Positions 39,530-50,420 of a DNA stretch of 64,000 nucleotides are shown one piece after another. The DNA comes from Vicugna vicugna (lineage: Eukaryota). The notes under the pieces were generated by a model. That model saw only the letters and a list, made by a program, of their open reading frames with translations, searched no databases and was not told the origin of the DNA. The DNA lies in contig MU058289.1 in the NCBI GenBank assembly GCA_013265495.1, positions 1,981,451 to 2,045,450 on the forward strand. The letters run 5' to 3'. The stretch's first letter is position 1. Each line of letters begins with the position of its first letter. Position numbers and translations under genes: made by a program.

Positions 39530-40600
39530 AGAAGACTCAATATGGTAAAACATAATACAGAAAGTGAAAGGTCAGTTTATCTGCAAATTAATCTTAAATT
39601 TGTCTAAAATGAAACACAATCTCAAAACAGATCTCTACGGGATTCTATGTGAGATTTGAGCTGATATTTCTAAGAGTGTACCTAAAAGAATAAACATGTG
39701 ATCTCACACAAAAATAATGAGGGGAGACTTGCCCTCTAAGATGTTACAAATGTGTTCATAAGCTCCACTTATTAAAATAGTTGGTTCTGGTACTGGAATA
39801 GACAGACTAAACCAGAAGAGTCCCAAAGCGGCCCCAGTGAATACAAGAATTAAGCAAATGACGAAGCTGGCATTTTAAAAAAGTAAGTAAGCAAAGAGTG
39901 AGTGCTCAATAAATAATGCTGGGACAATTGACTGGCCATTTTACACCTGCAGTACACGCATGTGATGTGGAGATAAATATAGAAGTCATAATACGTGCCA
40001 GGGAAACAGCTCCTGGGGGGTTGTCTCTGGGGAGCAAGACTGGGAGGGATGTTGAATGAAGCAGGGAACTGCTGGGTTTATTACACACTTTTTATTATCT
40101 GTGCTTTTAAAACTACACATACATACTACTTTGATGAAAACAAAAGTTATTTCAAAAAAGCAACAAGCATGCCTCTCTTTTACCTGTCAAATTGACCAAG
40201 ATTTTAAAAATGAAGATTTGCTGGTATGCACCACTGGGTCCTTCTGTAAGGTAATTTGTCAGGAAGTATTAAAAGTCTTAAAAGCAAGCCTACCCTTTGA
40301 GTCAACAATTCTACTTCCAGGAATGTATTCTGAAATGGCACAAAGGAATATAGCAAGAACGCTCACGTCAACATTGTTTAAAATTGAAAAACAAAAATGA
40401 GGTTCCCCCCAAAATGTCCAACAGGGAACGGTTTATACAAATTATGGTAAATTCACACCAAGGAATGCTGTGCAGGTGTCAAAAGCAGGAGGGAAAGAGA
40501 CCCATTCCCAGGGGAAGGCGTTCGTGGTGCATAAAGTGATTAAACAGTTTAGATGCAGTAGGCATAAAAATTATTATTGCATTTTTTAGTAAAATGAATA
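39530..40600 (+). mobile_element. Old L1ME-like ORF2/3' fragments
   Basis: caataaataatgctgggacaattg; ccctttgagtcaacaattctacttccaggaat; aaattatggtaaattcacacca. Confidence 0.6.
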
Positions 40601-43472
40601 TGACTTATGAGTTTATATACATAAAGGGATTTAAACATAAGATCCTCCCACTTGGTGACAACGTACGGGAGCCCCAAATCCAGAGGGTGGGTTGGGTGAT
40701 AAGATTTTGATATTCTGCTTTTTGCTTTTATTAAGGAATTTCTGCAGGGAATTGCTAAGACTTGTGATGGTGAAGGCAGGAATGGCAAGGTGAGATGCCC
40801 CTCTGCCACCCACTCACCCACCAAACCCCAAGCTGAGTGGCCCAACCGGCCACGGCTGGACTTGCCTGGATCCAACTGCACTAGGGGTTCAGCCAGCGAC
40901 CTGATGCCTGCAGCCCTGGCAGTGAGAGCCCCCTTCCGGCAGATGGCGGCGGGGGCAGGGGTCCCAGGACAGAGGCTACATTTGGGCAGGCCACAGCTGC
41001 CTGCAGCCTTGGCAGTTACTGTCCCTTTTTGGGGCTCTGGCTCTCACTCTCCAGGTGGCGAACTGTTCACCTTGCCAGTGAAGCTCCAGGCTCCAAATTC
41101 CTCCAGCCCAGAAGCCAAATGCAGTTTCACAGGTATATGGTTTGGTCGGTGGAAGACTTTGATTTTAAATTCTGAATTCGTCTCCAGATTTCAGAAGGGG
41201 AGAGATGTCATATAAAAATCTACCTATTCTTGAATATTTGAATATCTGGCTACCCCGAAACCCCAACCAGTTTCTGCAGTGACAGCTGGCACTGAGTTCC
41301 CTGACACCCTTCCAATGGGGCAGGTGTCCCCGGGCATCCCAAACTGCACCACTTCCTTTTCAAGAGGCCTGACTGCAATGGGAGCAGAATTTTACACCTG
41401 GGCTATTCCATGTCTGCGCTACATCATGCTCTCTCCCCACTTTACCAGGACCCTCTCCCCTCCCACCGTCAGCTGTGGGAACCAGGCTCCATATCCCAGT
41501 GCCCTTGACCCCTGTTCTGACCTGCCCCCTTGGGACATTATGGTTTTCATTGCAGAAAATCCTTCCAAGTCTGCCTCCTACCCAGAGCCGAGTGGTGTGA
41601 CAGCTCAGATCTAGGGGAGCCCTTTGGCCCTGCTGCTGCTCAGACCCTACCCAGGGGGACCTGGACTGAGACCAAGACCTTGTCAGTGCCTCACCTCAGC
41701 TCTGAGCTCAAGAAGGGAACATAGAGCAGAAAGGACGATCTTGGTCCTCGGGGAATCTGATCCAAGCAGAAGAGACTCACCTGGAAGACAACTGGTTTAG
41801 GAAAACTGAAATCCCTGAGAGCCAGTGTTGTGGACTGAGTTCCCTGGGAATTCTGGGGTTTATTGGGAAGGGCTCTCGGAAGAGGTCCCACAGGGAGCTC
41901 TGGAGCAGGGATGGACACAACCAGTCACTGGATGCAGGATGAGTGTAGCCTTGGGCAAGGAACCCCCTGAGGCCAAGGGCAGTTCCAATTTGGTGGGGGA
42001 GGGGTGCCGCTAGAAGCATCAGCCGCAGATTTTCCCAACAGCTCCCATGGGAGCATGTGGGCAGAGCACAACTTGGGGGGGGATAGTCAGGGATGGGTTT
42101 CGTAGGGGGACAGTGCCAGCCTGAGTGCTACAGGCAGCCTCAGCGGAAGGGGTCAGGGATCCCTGAGAGACTCCTCTCTCTCAGGCAAAGCCTTCTATGA
42201 AGAGCTAGAGACACAAGAGGAGGAGACTGCACTGAAAATTCAGTCACATCCCAGCATTTATTTGAAACAGAACATTAATTCTGACTGTCATTAGAGTCCA
42301 TTTCAATTTTGTAATAACATAAAAAGTTAAGAGTCTAATTTATTCATACAAATCTTGTTAGCATCCAATTTCCACACAATGTAACATATTCCTTAAAAAG
42401 CTGACAAAGCAGAAGGAATTAAAAACGTGAAAAAAAAAGACATCCATGGGTGCTAACTGCCACAAAGCCAAAGGTGAGGAGGGGGAGAGTAGGATGGCTC
42501 CTGTTAGGGCTGGAAGACTGGAACAAGACCCAGCAGAAGTCAGAGAGGCAGGCTGCGCCACCCAAAGGAGCTGTGGTCCCATCACATCCCAGACTGTCCC
42601 CCAGATGCTGCGTGGGGGGTGGTCCTCTTCACCACCTGCACTGGCCCCCACCCCCCGACGCTGTCCCAGTGTGTGTCCTGGTCTTCCAGCTCCACAGACA
42701 GCTCCCTAGCACTTTCCTCAGCAAATCCATCCTCGAGAGCCCGTAACTCCTCTTAATTACACGTCTGCGGTGTTTGCATTAGATAGCTGTCACCCTATAA
42801 TTTACCCGTACACGGGTTTTAATTGTACGTTAATCTTTCCTACACGCCACTCCTCTGCTAGAATCTGTAACAGCAGCAGTTTGGGCCATTTTGTTTATTC
42901 CTCAACCAAAAAGAGCTGATGAATGTAATTGCAGACTGTCCCTCCCCTTCTTTTCCGGGATCACCTGCTGTGTGCTGGGGCTGGAGAGGTTCCTGTCACT
43001 CGCAGGCTGCCTCTAAACACAATATTGGACTGTTCCGTGGCTGACATAAATTTCAGAGGAAAGGTCAGCAGCAACAAGCAATCTTCCAATCACCCGCCAT
43101 GTGTTCCCTGGGTGCCCCTGATCACATCCTCTCTCTCAAGCGCCAGCCTGATGGGTGCTGGAAGCGCTCACATGGGAAACGTTCTCACAAGAGAGGACGA
43201 CAAGAGAGGGCAACGTGTGAGCCTAAGAAATCCACCAGCACGGAGGTTCCAAGGTCACTCAGAGAACCAGGAAGGAGAACTATAAATTACAAAGCCCTGG
43301 ATGGCTGCCAGGGCCCTAGGAGGCTACATTTAGCATACGATTCTCCCAGCAGCAGGAGGAAGCTTTCACTCCCGTTCCAATGGAATTTGAATGGGATTTG
43401 TTACAAGAACACTGTGATTGAAATATCACCAATTGGCTTTTCATGACAACTCTGCAATAAATTGCGACTGCG

Positions 43473-43473
<1 letters not shown>

Positions 43474-43510
<37 letters not shown>
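43474..43510 (+). repeat. (TG)n microsatellite
   Basis: Direct reading. Confidence 0.95.
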
Positions 43511-43512
<2 letters not shown>

Positions 43513-46267
43513 GAGAGGTGGCTGTTGTGTTCTCCAGCTGGCCGAGGTGGCAGGAAAAGGACCCCATACAATATTTATGAAATCCAGATGAAGCCCTATG
43601 CTGGCAATGAGCTGATAGCATAACACAGATTTCAAAAACGCCTTGACATTTGCCCAAGATCAAATTTCCCCTTGCGAAACCCCACGAGGCTTTGTGCTGA
43701 CAGCGGTCTGCGCACTTCCCCCCTGCAGCAACCTTCTCTGTTTAAACCCGGGTAATTAACACTGGATCGGCGCAACACAGGGATGGGTGTGATGCAGACT
43801 GACACCACAAAAGTCCACTTTTCTTTTGTGGAGAACAGAAGCAGTGGGTTCTCAGTGGTGCAAGACAGGAGTTTTGATAATTTTTATTGTTAAACACTTT
43901 CAGGCGTGCAAAATAAACTCAGTCATCTCCTTACTGACGAGGCTCTGACAGCGTGTTTGGATGAAGAGAGATGTGCAATGAGCAGTGATCCATCACACAT
44001 CAGCCCAGGAAACAAAAACGAAAGCAGGAAATGTATTTCCTTTGGGTCACTGATCTCATTTAGGTGCAACCCTTGATTTGTTTTAGGAGATCCCATTAGG
44101 AAGAGTGTCACTAGCCTTCCCATGACCTGGGTAACAAGTCATTTCCAAAGTGGTCCCTTAGGGCATCTTCCAGCCCAAAGGGCCCAGTCCCCGGGACTTT
44201 TGGAGACATAGGCTCCCCATGTACCAGGACCCAGACTGGTGAAATATTGCATGAAATATTGCATGGGATCCAGGCCTGACATCCCCAAAGATTGTTTACG
44301 AGTAACAGGCCAGGGCAATTTAGTTGGGTTTTGAGAAACACTTCATACTGCACATTCTAAGAGAAGCAGAATCGTTGTCAAGCATGCATCTTTATGAGCT
44401 GTCCGCCTATAAACCTTGCACGAAAGGTCCGTGCTTAATGTTGGTTTGGCAGTAAACTGGCGCGATGCATGGGGCTGCTGCATCAAATTAGCATCAACTC
44501 ATAAAACGTTACTGAACGATTCCTCAAATCTGCCAACTCTTCAAATCAATTTTGCAGAAAGCGTCAAGGTTTTTTTTTAAACTTTGATAAACTTTTCATA
44601 TTAGTTATCACAGAAGAGCATAAACCTTTCTAATCTGTCTTCCCATAAAAAAAAAAGGTGTTGTTTTTCCCAAACTGCTTTTAGCTCTTCCATCTTTGCA
44701 CACCCGCCTCCACATCGCATAAACAATGTGTGTGTCATGGATTCTTTGTTGCCCTATTTTAAAGCGACTGGTATTTGGTTCACACTGTCCCTGCCCCCGT
44801 GATCCTGCAGCTTAGAGAGAATTTCTACCAGCACCAGGATAACATTTTCTTCTCTTGCCTTTAACATGCAGTCCCAAGCACGCCTCCTCCAGGAAGCTTT
44901 CCATAACTCACCAATGAATTCTGATCACTGCTCTATACCCTTGTGTGTCATGTCAACTAGACCACAGTCTCCTGTGGGCTCAGTGCACTTCTTTCCCTGA
45001 GTACTTCACGCTTTGGTCCCTCGAGGCTGACACTGAGTGATCCATGAGGTGTCATCTCCCCCCTTCCCATCTATGAGGACCAGCCTGGGTCTCCCACCTC
45101 TGTGAAGTCCCCAGCAGATGCCCTAACCAGAAACCCTTGCTCTCGGTCCCCACCTTCAGAGATCTCAGCCTCTCCCAGTCAGCCGCCACTGTTTGCATCA
45201 CAGTTGGTATGAATCTTCCCTCAGGGGCAACAGCTGGTCTCAAAACGAAATAAGAAAAGAACCTGGATTTGAACCTGAGGGGTCTGACCCAAAACTCTCA
45301 TGCCCCCAGCCATGCTGCTTTCCAAATAATTATGCCACCCTTGAGGAGAAAGGGACCTAGTCAAGCCCAAAGAAAGGCTTTATCATAGTCCGCATCAAGA
45401 TGTGATAGGGCAGGAGTGGATGGGCTGGTAACAGACATAGCTCTGACTTTCACTTGACCGGAGGGCATGTCATTTATGCCCTTTTCATGTCATCTGTGAA
45501 GAGGCGGTGCTGCAAAGCTGAGGAGGCTGCGTGGAGCAGGGATGGAGTGCTGCTTTCAGCGGGGCTTTTGGGCCTCTCTGGAGGGACCCAATGACAGATG
45601 AGCCCATCAGGGATGGGGTCCCCTAAGGGATGCTCCTAAATGGCCAGCGCCTGGAGCGCTGAGGGTGAGCATGGCTGCTGGGGGCATCAGCACAGAGCCT
45701 GGGGCTTGGAACCACAGACCTCGGTCGGAAAATGGCTTTGGAGGAGGGGGAGGTCATTTACAGGAACAGAGCATCAGGATGGGACACCCTCCAGAGCCCT
45801 TCCCATAGCAACCCAGGCTTCCAACAAATCCCTGTCAGATCAGCTGGGGTGAGAGAGGACAGAAGCCAACAGGCAACACTCCATCCTCTGTCTCTTTATT
45901 CAGTGGGTATTTACAAGGCCCTACTCTGTACCAGGACCATTCTAGGCGCTGGGACACAGCAGTGCACATGACAGACAGGAAGTCTCAATGCTCCTGGAAT
46001 CTGTGAAGGGAAAGAAAGACAAGCCCCAGAGAGACTGATGGACAACGGAAATCCATCTGGTGGTTCTGGGGCAGGTGGCCAGGTCCCCAGCTTCATCCAG
46101 AGAAACACCTGTCTATTCCATCCATGCCTAACAGCATGGTGGTTTCAAACCCGCATGGCTGAGGGAACCACAAGCACCCCAGACATTTAAGACACAATTT
46201 GGAGATGGAAGTGAATTTTCAAATTTGTTGAAAAATGTTTTCAACTTAAATATATCCTTGGCAAAAA

Positions 46268-46299
46268 NNNNNNNNNNNNNNNNNNNNNNNNNNNNNNNN
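46268..46299. other. Assembly gap (32 N) abutting a (TA)n tract (46300-46326)
   Basis: Direct reading. Confidence 0.99.
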
Positions 46300-46329
46300 T
46301 ATATATATATATATATATATATATACTGT

Positions 46330-47018
46330 ATTAGTCATCTGGGAAATAAAATTAAAACCACAGTGTGATAACTCTGCATGCTCATAGAATAACTAACATG
46401 AAAAAGACCGACAACACAAAGTGCTGGAAAGGATGTGGAGCAGTTGGCACTCATATATGGTTTGCGCCATGGGAATTAGTACAGCCACTTTAGGAAACTG
46501 ACAGCATCTACAAAAGATGAAGGTATGCATTTTCTGAGACCCATCAAGTCTCTTTGAGGTATATGCTTATTAAAACCTGTATATATGCCCAAGATATACA
46601 AGAATGTCCCAGCAGCATTGTTCATAAACCCCCAAATTCTGAATGATCCAATGTCGATCAACAGGACAACAGTGCACCTTCACACCACGGAATCCTAGAC
46701 AGTAACAGGAACAAACTACAACTCCTCACTGCAGCGGGGTGACACTCACAGACATGATGTACAAAGATACACAGACTTATGACTCCCCTGCTGTCAAGTT
46801 TAAAAACAAAGAAAAACAATCCACGCTATCACAAGTAAGGAGAGCGGTTCCCAGTGCTGGAAGGGAAGCATCACGAAAGGATCACAGGGATGCTGGCCAC
46901 TTTCTGATTCCTGCTCTGGCCCTGGGCACACAGGCCTCTTTTGTTTGCAGATATTCACTGCACTGTACACACAATCTGTGAGCTTTTCAGTGTGCATACA
47001 GCACTTCAAATAAAGTTT
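46330..47018 (+). mobile_element. Old L1 3' end (L1MC/ME-like)
   Basis: aagtgctggaaaggatgtggagcag...tacagccactttaggaaac...caagaatgtcccagcagcattgttcataa...cacttcaaataaag. Confidence 0.75.
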
Positions 47019-47234
47019 TCAAATGTACTGAACGCAAGTCCGGGAAAAGGCATCCATGGGAAACTGCTAAGAAAGAAGACACCAGTCATGGAGCCACATG
47101 CCCCCTCAGCCTCTGTCACATCACCAGACAAGACCCTTGATCAACATGCTTCTTTGCATCCGAGATGGAGAAGGACTGAGCCTTGGCTGAAAGACCAAAC
47201 ACTGGAGATACTGATGCTGGTGATAATGGCAGTT

Positions 47235-47400
47235 GCCATTTATTGTGGGCTGGCTATCCGTTAGGCACTATGGCTCTGTGAGGTCTAGTCAATATTGTCA
47301 TCCCCATTTTACAGATGAGGAAACTGAGTCTATAGTCCAAGAGGGACCACATGGTGAAGCTGGGATTTCAACCCAGGCAGTCTGACTCCAGGTGCTGGCT
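47235..47400 (-). mobile_element. MIR
   Basis: atccccattttacagatgaggaaactgag...gctgggatttcaacccaggcagtctgactccag. Confidence 0.85.
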
Positions 47401-48019
47401 TCAGTCACAACCCCGAGATGGCTGCATGGGGCGGAGTGAGGGGTGGAGCTGGTTGCCATGGCTGCACACTGACACCTTTAATTCATGGAGGCAGATTGTG
47501 TTTTCATAGGGATGAAAGGTCATGAGATTAAATTTGCACATGAGGCCAACCCTCAGGAGGTAAAATAACATCCATGGATGGGGAGGCCCAAAATCTAAGC
47601 AGGAGATGGCAAGATGGATCCAGTCTGGAGAAATGCAGTTCATCCTGCGCACCGAGGCAGTCATCCACGCTTAAAAGACTTTCATGAGAAAAATGTGCAG
47701 GAGTGGCTGCTGCAAGGGATGCCCAGGGGGCCGTGACCACTGACAGCTGGCTCAGCCCCCAAGCACAGTGACAGGGGAGGGGGCATCTAGGTAAGATCAC
47801 CATATGACACCAGGTCCCCACACCCCATGTGGCACCACCTCCAGCCCAGTGGCCACACCTCTGCCAAAGATCCTAAAAAGATGTGGGAAAGTTGAGGGAA
47901 CCCTCAGGGAAAGCCCGTTGGAAGTAAGGCTCCTTCTAAGGGAAGGAGTAGTAAAAAGTATTCCTGGGGAAAGTGTCAGGAGGAGCCCCAGACAGGCTGG
48001 CTGCATCCCCTACTGGCTC

Positions 48020-48362
48020 CACTAAGGTAGACAGATGGCTTACGCCATGAACTGGCCTCAGTCAGTGTAGACAGACTGCACTGCACTTTGGGCTCAACCA
48101 CCCCAGTTCTGGGAGACAGAGCCTGATGTCTGATGGCCAAGGGGAAGCGGAGGCCTGAGGGAAGTCCCCAAAGCCAGAGAGCGTTTCAGAGCCTGTGCAA
48201 AGACCCTATAGAGAGCCAGGCAGGCACAGACTAAATGGAAGCTTCCAGTGCTCACCCTGGACTCAACTAGTGTAGACAGACTGTCTGCACCATGCACTGG
48301 CTCAGCTGGTGTAGACAGAGTACCTGCATCACACACTGGCCATGGTGTAGACAGACGGCACA
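48020..48362 (+). repeat. Degenerate ~36-40 bp minisatellite with GTAGACAGA core
   Basis: Core at 48027, 48067, 48272, 48311 and 48347. Confidence 0.75.
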
Positions 48363-50039
48363 GTTAAGCTCACTCCGCCTGCCGGCAGCAATCACTGAGT
48401 ACCTTCTCCATGCCGAGCTCATCACGGCCCAGGCACAGGAGAGAGCAGTATTTGCACCAGCTCAGCTAGCTTTCTCCAGACATGGCAGGAGGTGCTGCAC
48501 ATGAGGGACCCCCATCAGAATTTGCTGGGTTCTGGATGCTCCCTCAGGCGCACAGGAAGAAAAGCCCCTTCGCACAGCCCCCAGCATCTCAGGGCTGGAG
48601 GAGGGTCTCAGTGTCCACAGGCTTGGGCAGATGGGTCTTTTCCAGGGAGATGAGTCAGCCCCCAAGAAGAGGCAGCCTTGAAGGTGGGGACGACCAGTAT
48701 GCCAAGGATGAGTCAACCTGAGCCTGGGCTAGGGGCTGCTGGCAGGGGGCTCTGCTGATGAGCATGAGGGCACGACCAGCGGTCCACGGTGGTGAAGGCA
48801 GCAGCCAGGATAGAAAGAAAGCCCATCTGGTGAGGCCACACTCCAGGCAAAGAGCCCAAGGGCTGGAGGAATCAGCCCCAGAGATGCCTGGAGCCCGTGG
48901 AGTAGATCCGTACCTTGTAGCATCCTCTCTTTGGCTCTCATCCCTTCTGTCCCAGAGTCTAGCCCAGCCAGGGAGGAACTGGCTCAGGTCCAGGCAGAGT
49001 GAGGACAAGGTGACAGCGACCTGGGCTGTTGCCTGCAGCTCAGCGGCCGCTCGGCTCAGGGCCCAAAGCCAGCAGCGTAGGCCCAACGGGAAGCAGGGTG
49101 ACTCACAGAATTGCTCCCCCCCACCCCAGTTCTGGAAGACAGAGCCAGAGGGACCCAGCTGATGTCCACGGGAAAGCCAGGGCCTGAGCTGAGCTCACAC
49201 AGCCCCAGGGAACTCACTGGCATTGGAGGGGGTTTGGGAGCTCAGGGCCATGCCCATTGCAGAGGGTGGGAGCAGGTAGAGCCTGACTCCCCAGGGAGGA
49301 GGGAAGGAGAGGGGACAGAGAATGAGAGGTGGGCACAGGAGAGGAGTTCTTTCTGGGGCAGGCACCAGCTAGCTGCCAGGACAATACAAGTGGGTGGTAG
49401 GTTGAGGACCTACCAGGGAACCAGGAAGTTAAGTGGATGAAACACAGGTGGAGGCCACCTCTGGCCAGCAGGTGGGTGTCTGAGCCGTCTATGCTCACAA
49501 GAGAACACTGGCACTGGGCTGTCACTTACTGAGTGCCTGCCATGAGCCAGGGCTCAATGGTGAACACACGGTGGGAGGTAGCAGAAGGTCCAGGGGCTCA
49601 GGGGAAAGCTGGAAGGTGGGCTAGCTGGGCAGGGGCAAAGAGGTAGGGCCACACGAGTGGCTGTCTGACCTTCCCTCCCTGGCCCTGGAGGATATAACCC
49701 AAGAGTTATAGAGTGAATGGGCATTTGGACATTTTGGTCCAAGGGGCACCCAGTCACGATCCAGAAGTCACCACCTCCCGTCGGCACCTAACCCAGCACC
49801 GAGCCCTGGCAGATTCATGTCCACCCACCCCTCTTTAGCACCACAGCCGTCCTCCTCCAGGATTACTGCACACACACACACACACACTGGGCTCCCTACT
49901 CTCAGCCGCTGGTAGGTCCCTTCACCCCGTCTGCAAGGCCCTATATGGCCTGTGTCTCCTCCACTCTCCTGACCCCATGGGTCTTCCCACAGCTCCTGGA
50001 TGGCGCTCCACGATCTCCCTCCCTCACCCACATTCTGTG

Positions 50040-50420
50040 CCAGGAAGCTCCCCCTCCCACCCCCACGTGCTTAGTTCCAGCTCTTCCTTCAGAGCTCAGC
50101 TGAAGAGTCAGTCACCTCCTCAGGGAGGTCCTCCCGAGCCCTCAGCCTAGGTCAGATTACCCTATTTTATATCTCATAACCACCCAGATGTTTCCTTTAC
50201 ATGTTTATCATAGCCTAGACTCACACGTGTGTTGGTGACTTGTTTAGTAATGGTGTTGTCTGGCGCAGCGTGAATCAGTGTGTGATGAGATGATGGTAAG
50301 CAAGCCTCTATCCCACCATCTACAAACCCTGCCAGGGCAGGGCCACTCTCAGGCTGGCCTTCCCCAGAGCCTGACCCAGCAACGGACGCTAATAGGCACT
50401 CATAAACGCTCACTGACGGC
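50040..50420 (+). mobile_element. Degenerate L2 3' fragment
   Basis: tccttcagagctcagctgaa...gtcacctcctcagggaggtcctccc...gagggcagggcc-like...taataggcactcataaac. Confidence 0.5.

Noticed and set aside
40936..40948. CTCF-like site ccggcagatggcg (weaker one at ~49464)
   Set aside because: Single imperfect matches are expected by chance in GC-rich DNA
44240..44265. 12-bp tandem duplication tgaaatattgca x2
   Set aside because: Ordinary slippage duplication with no further support
48020..48362. CRISPR-like repeat-spacer array
   Set aside because: Mammalian context, 9-bp core only, spacers related to each other, no cas genes
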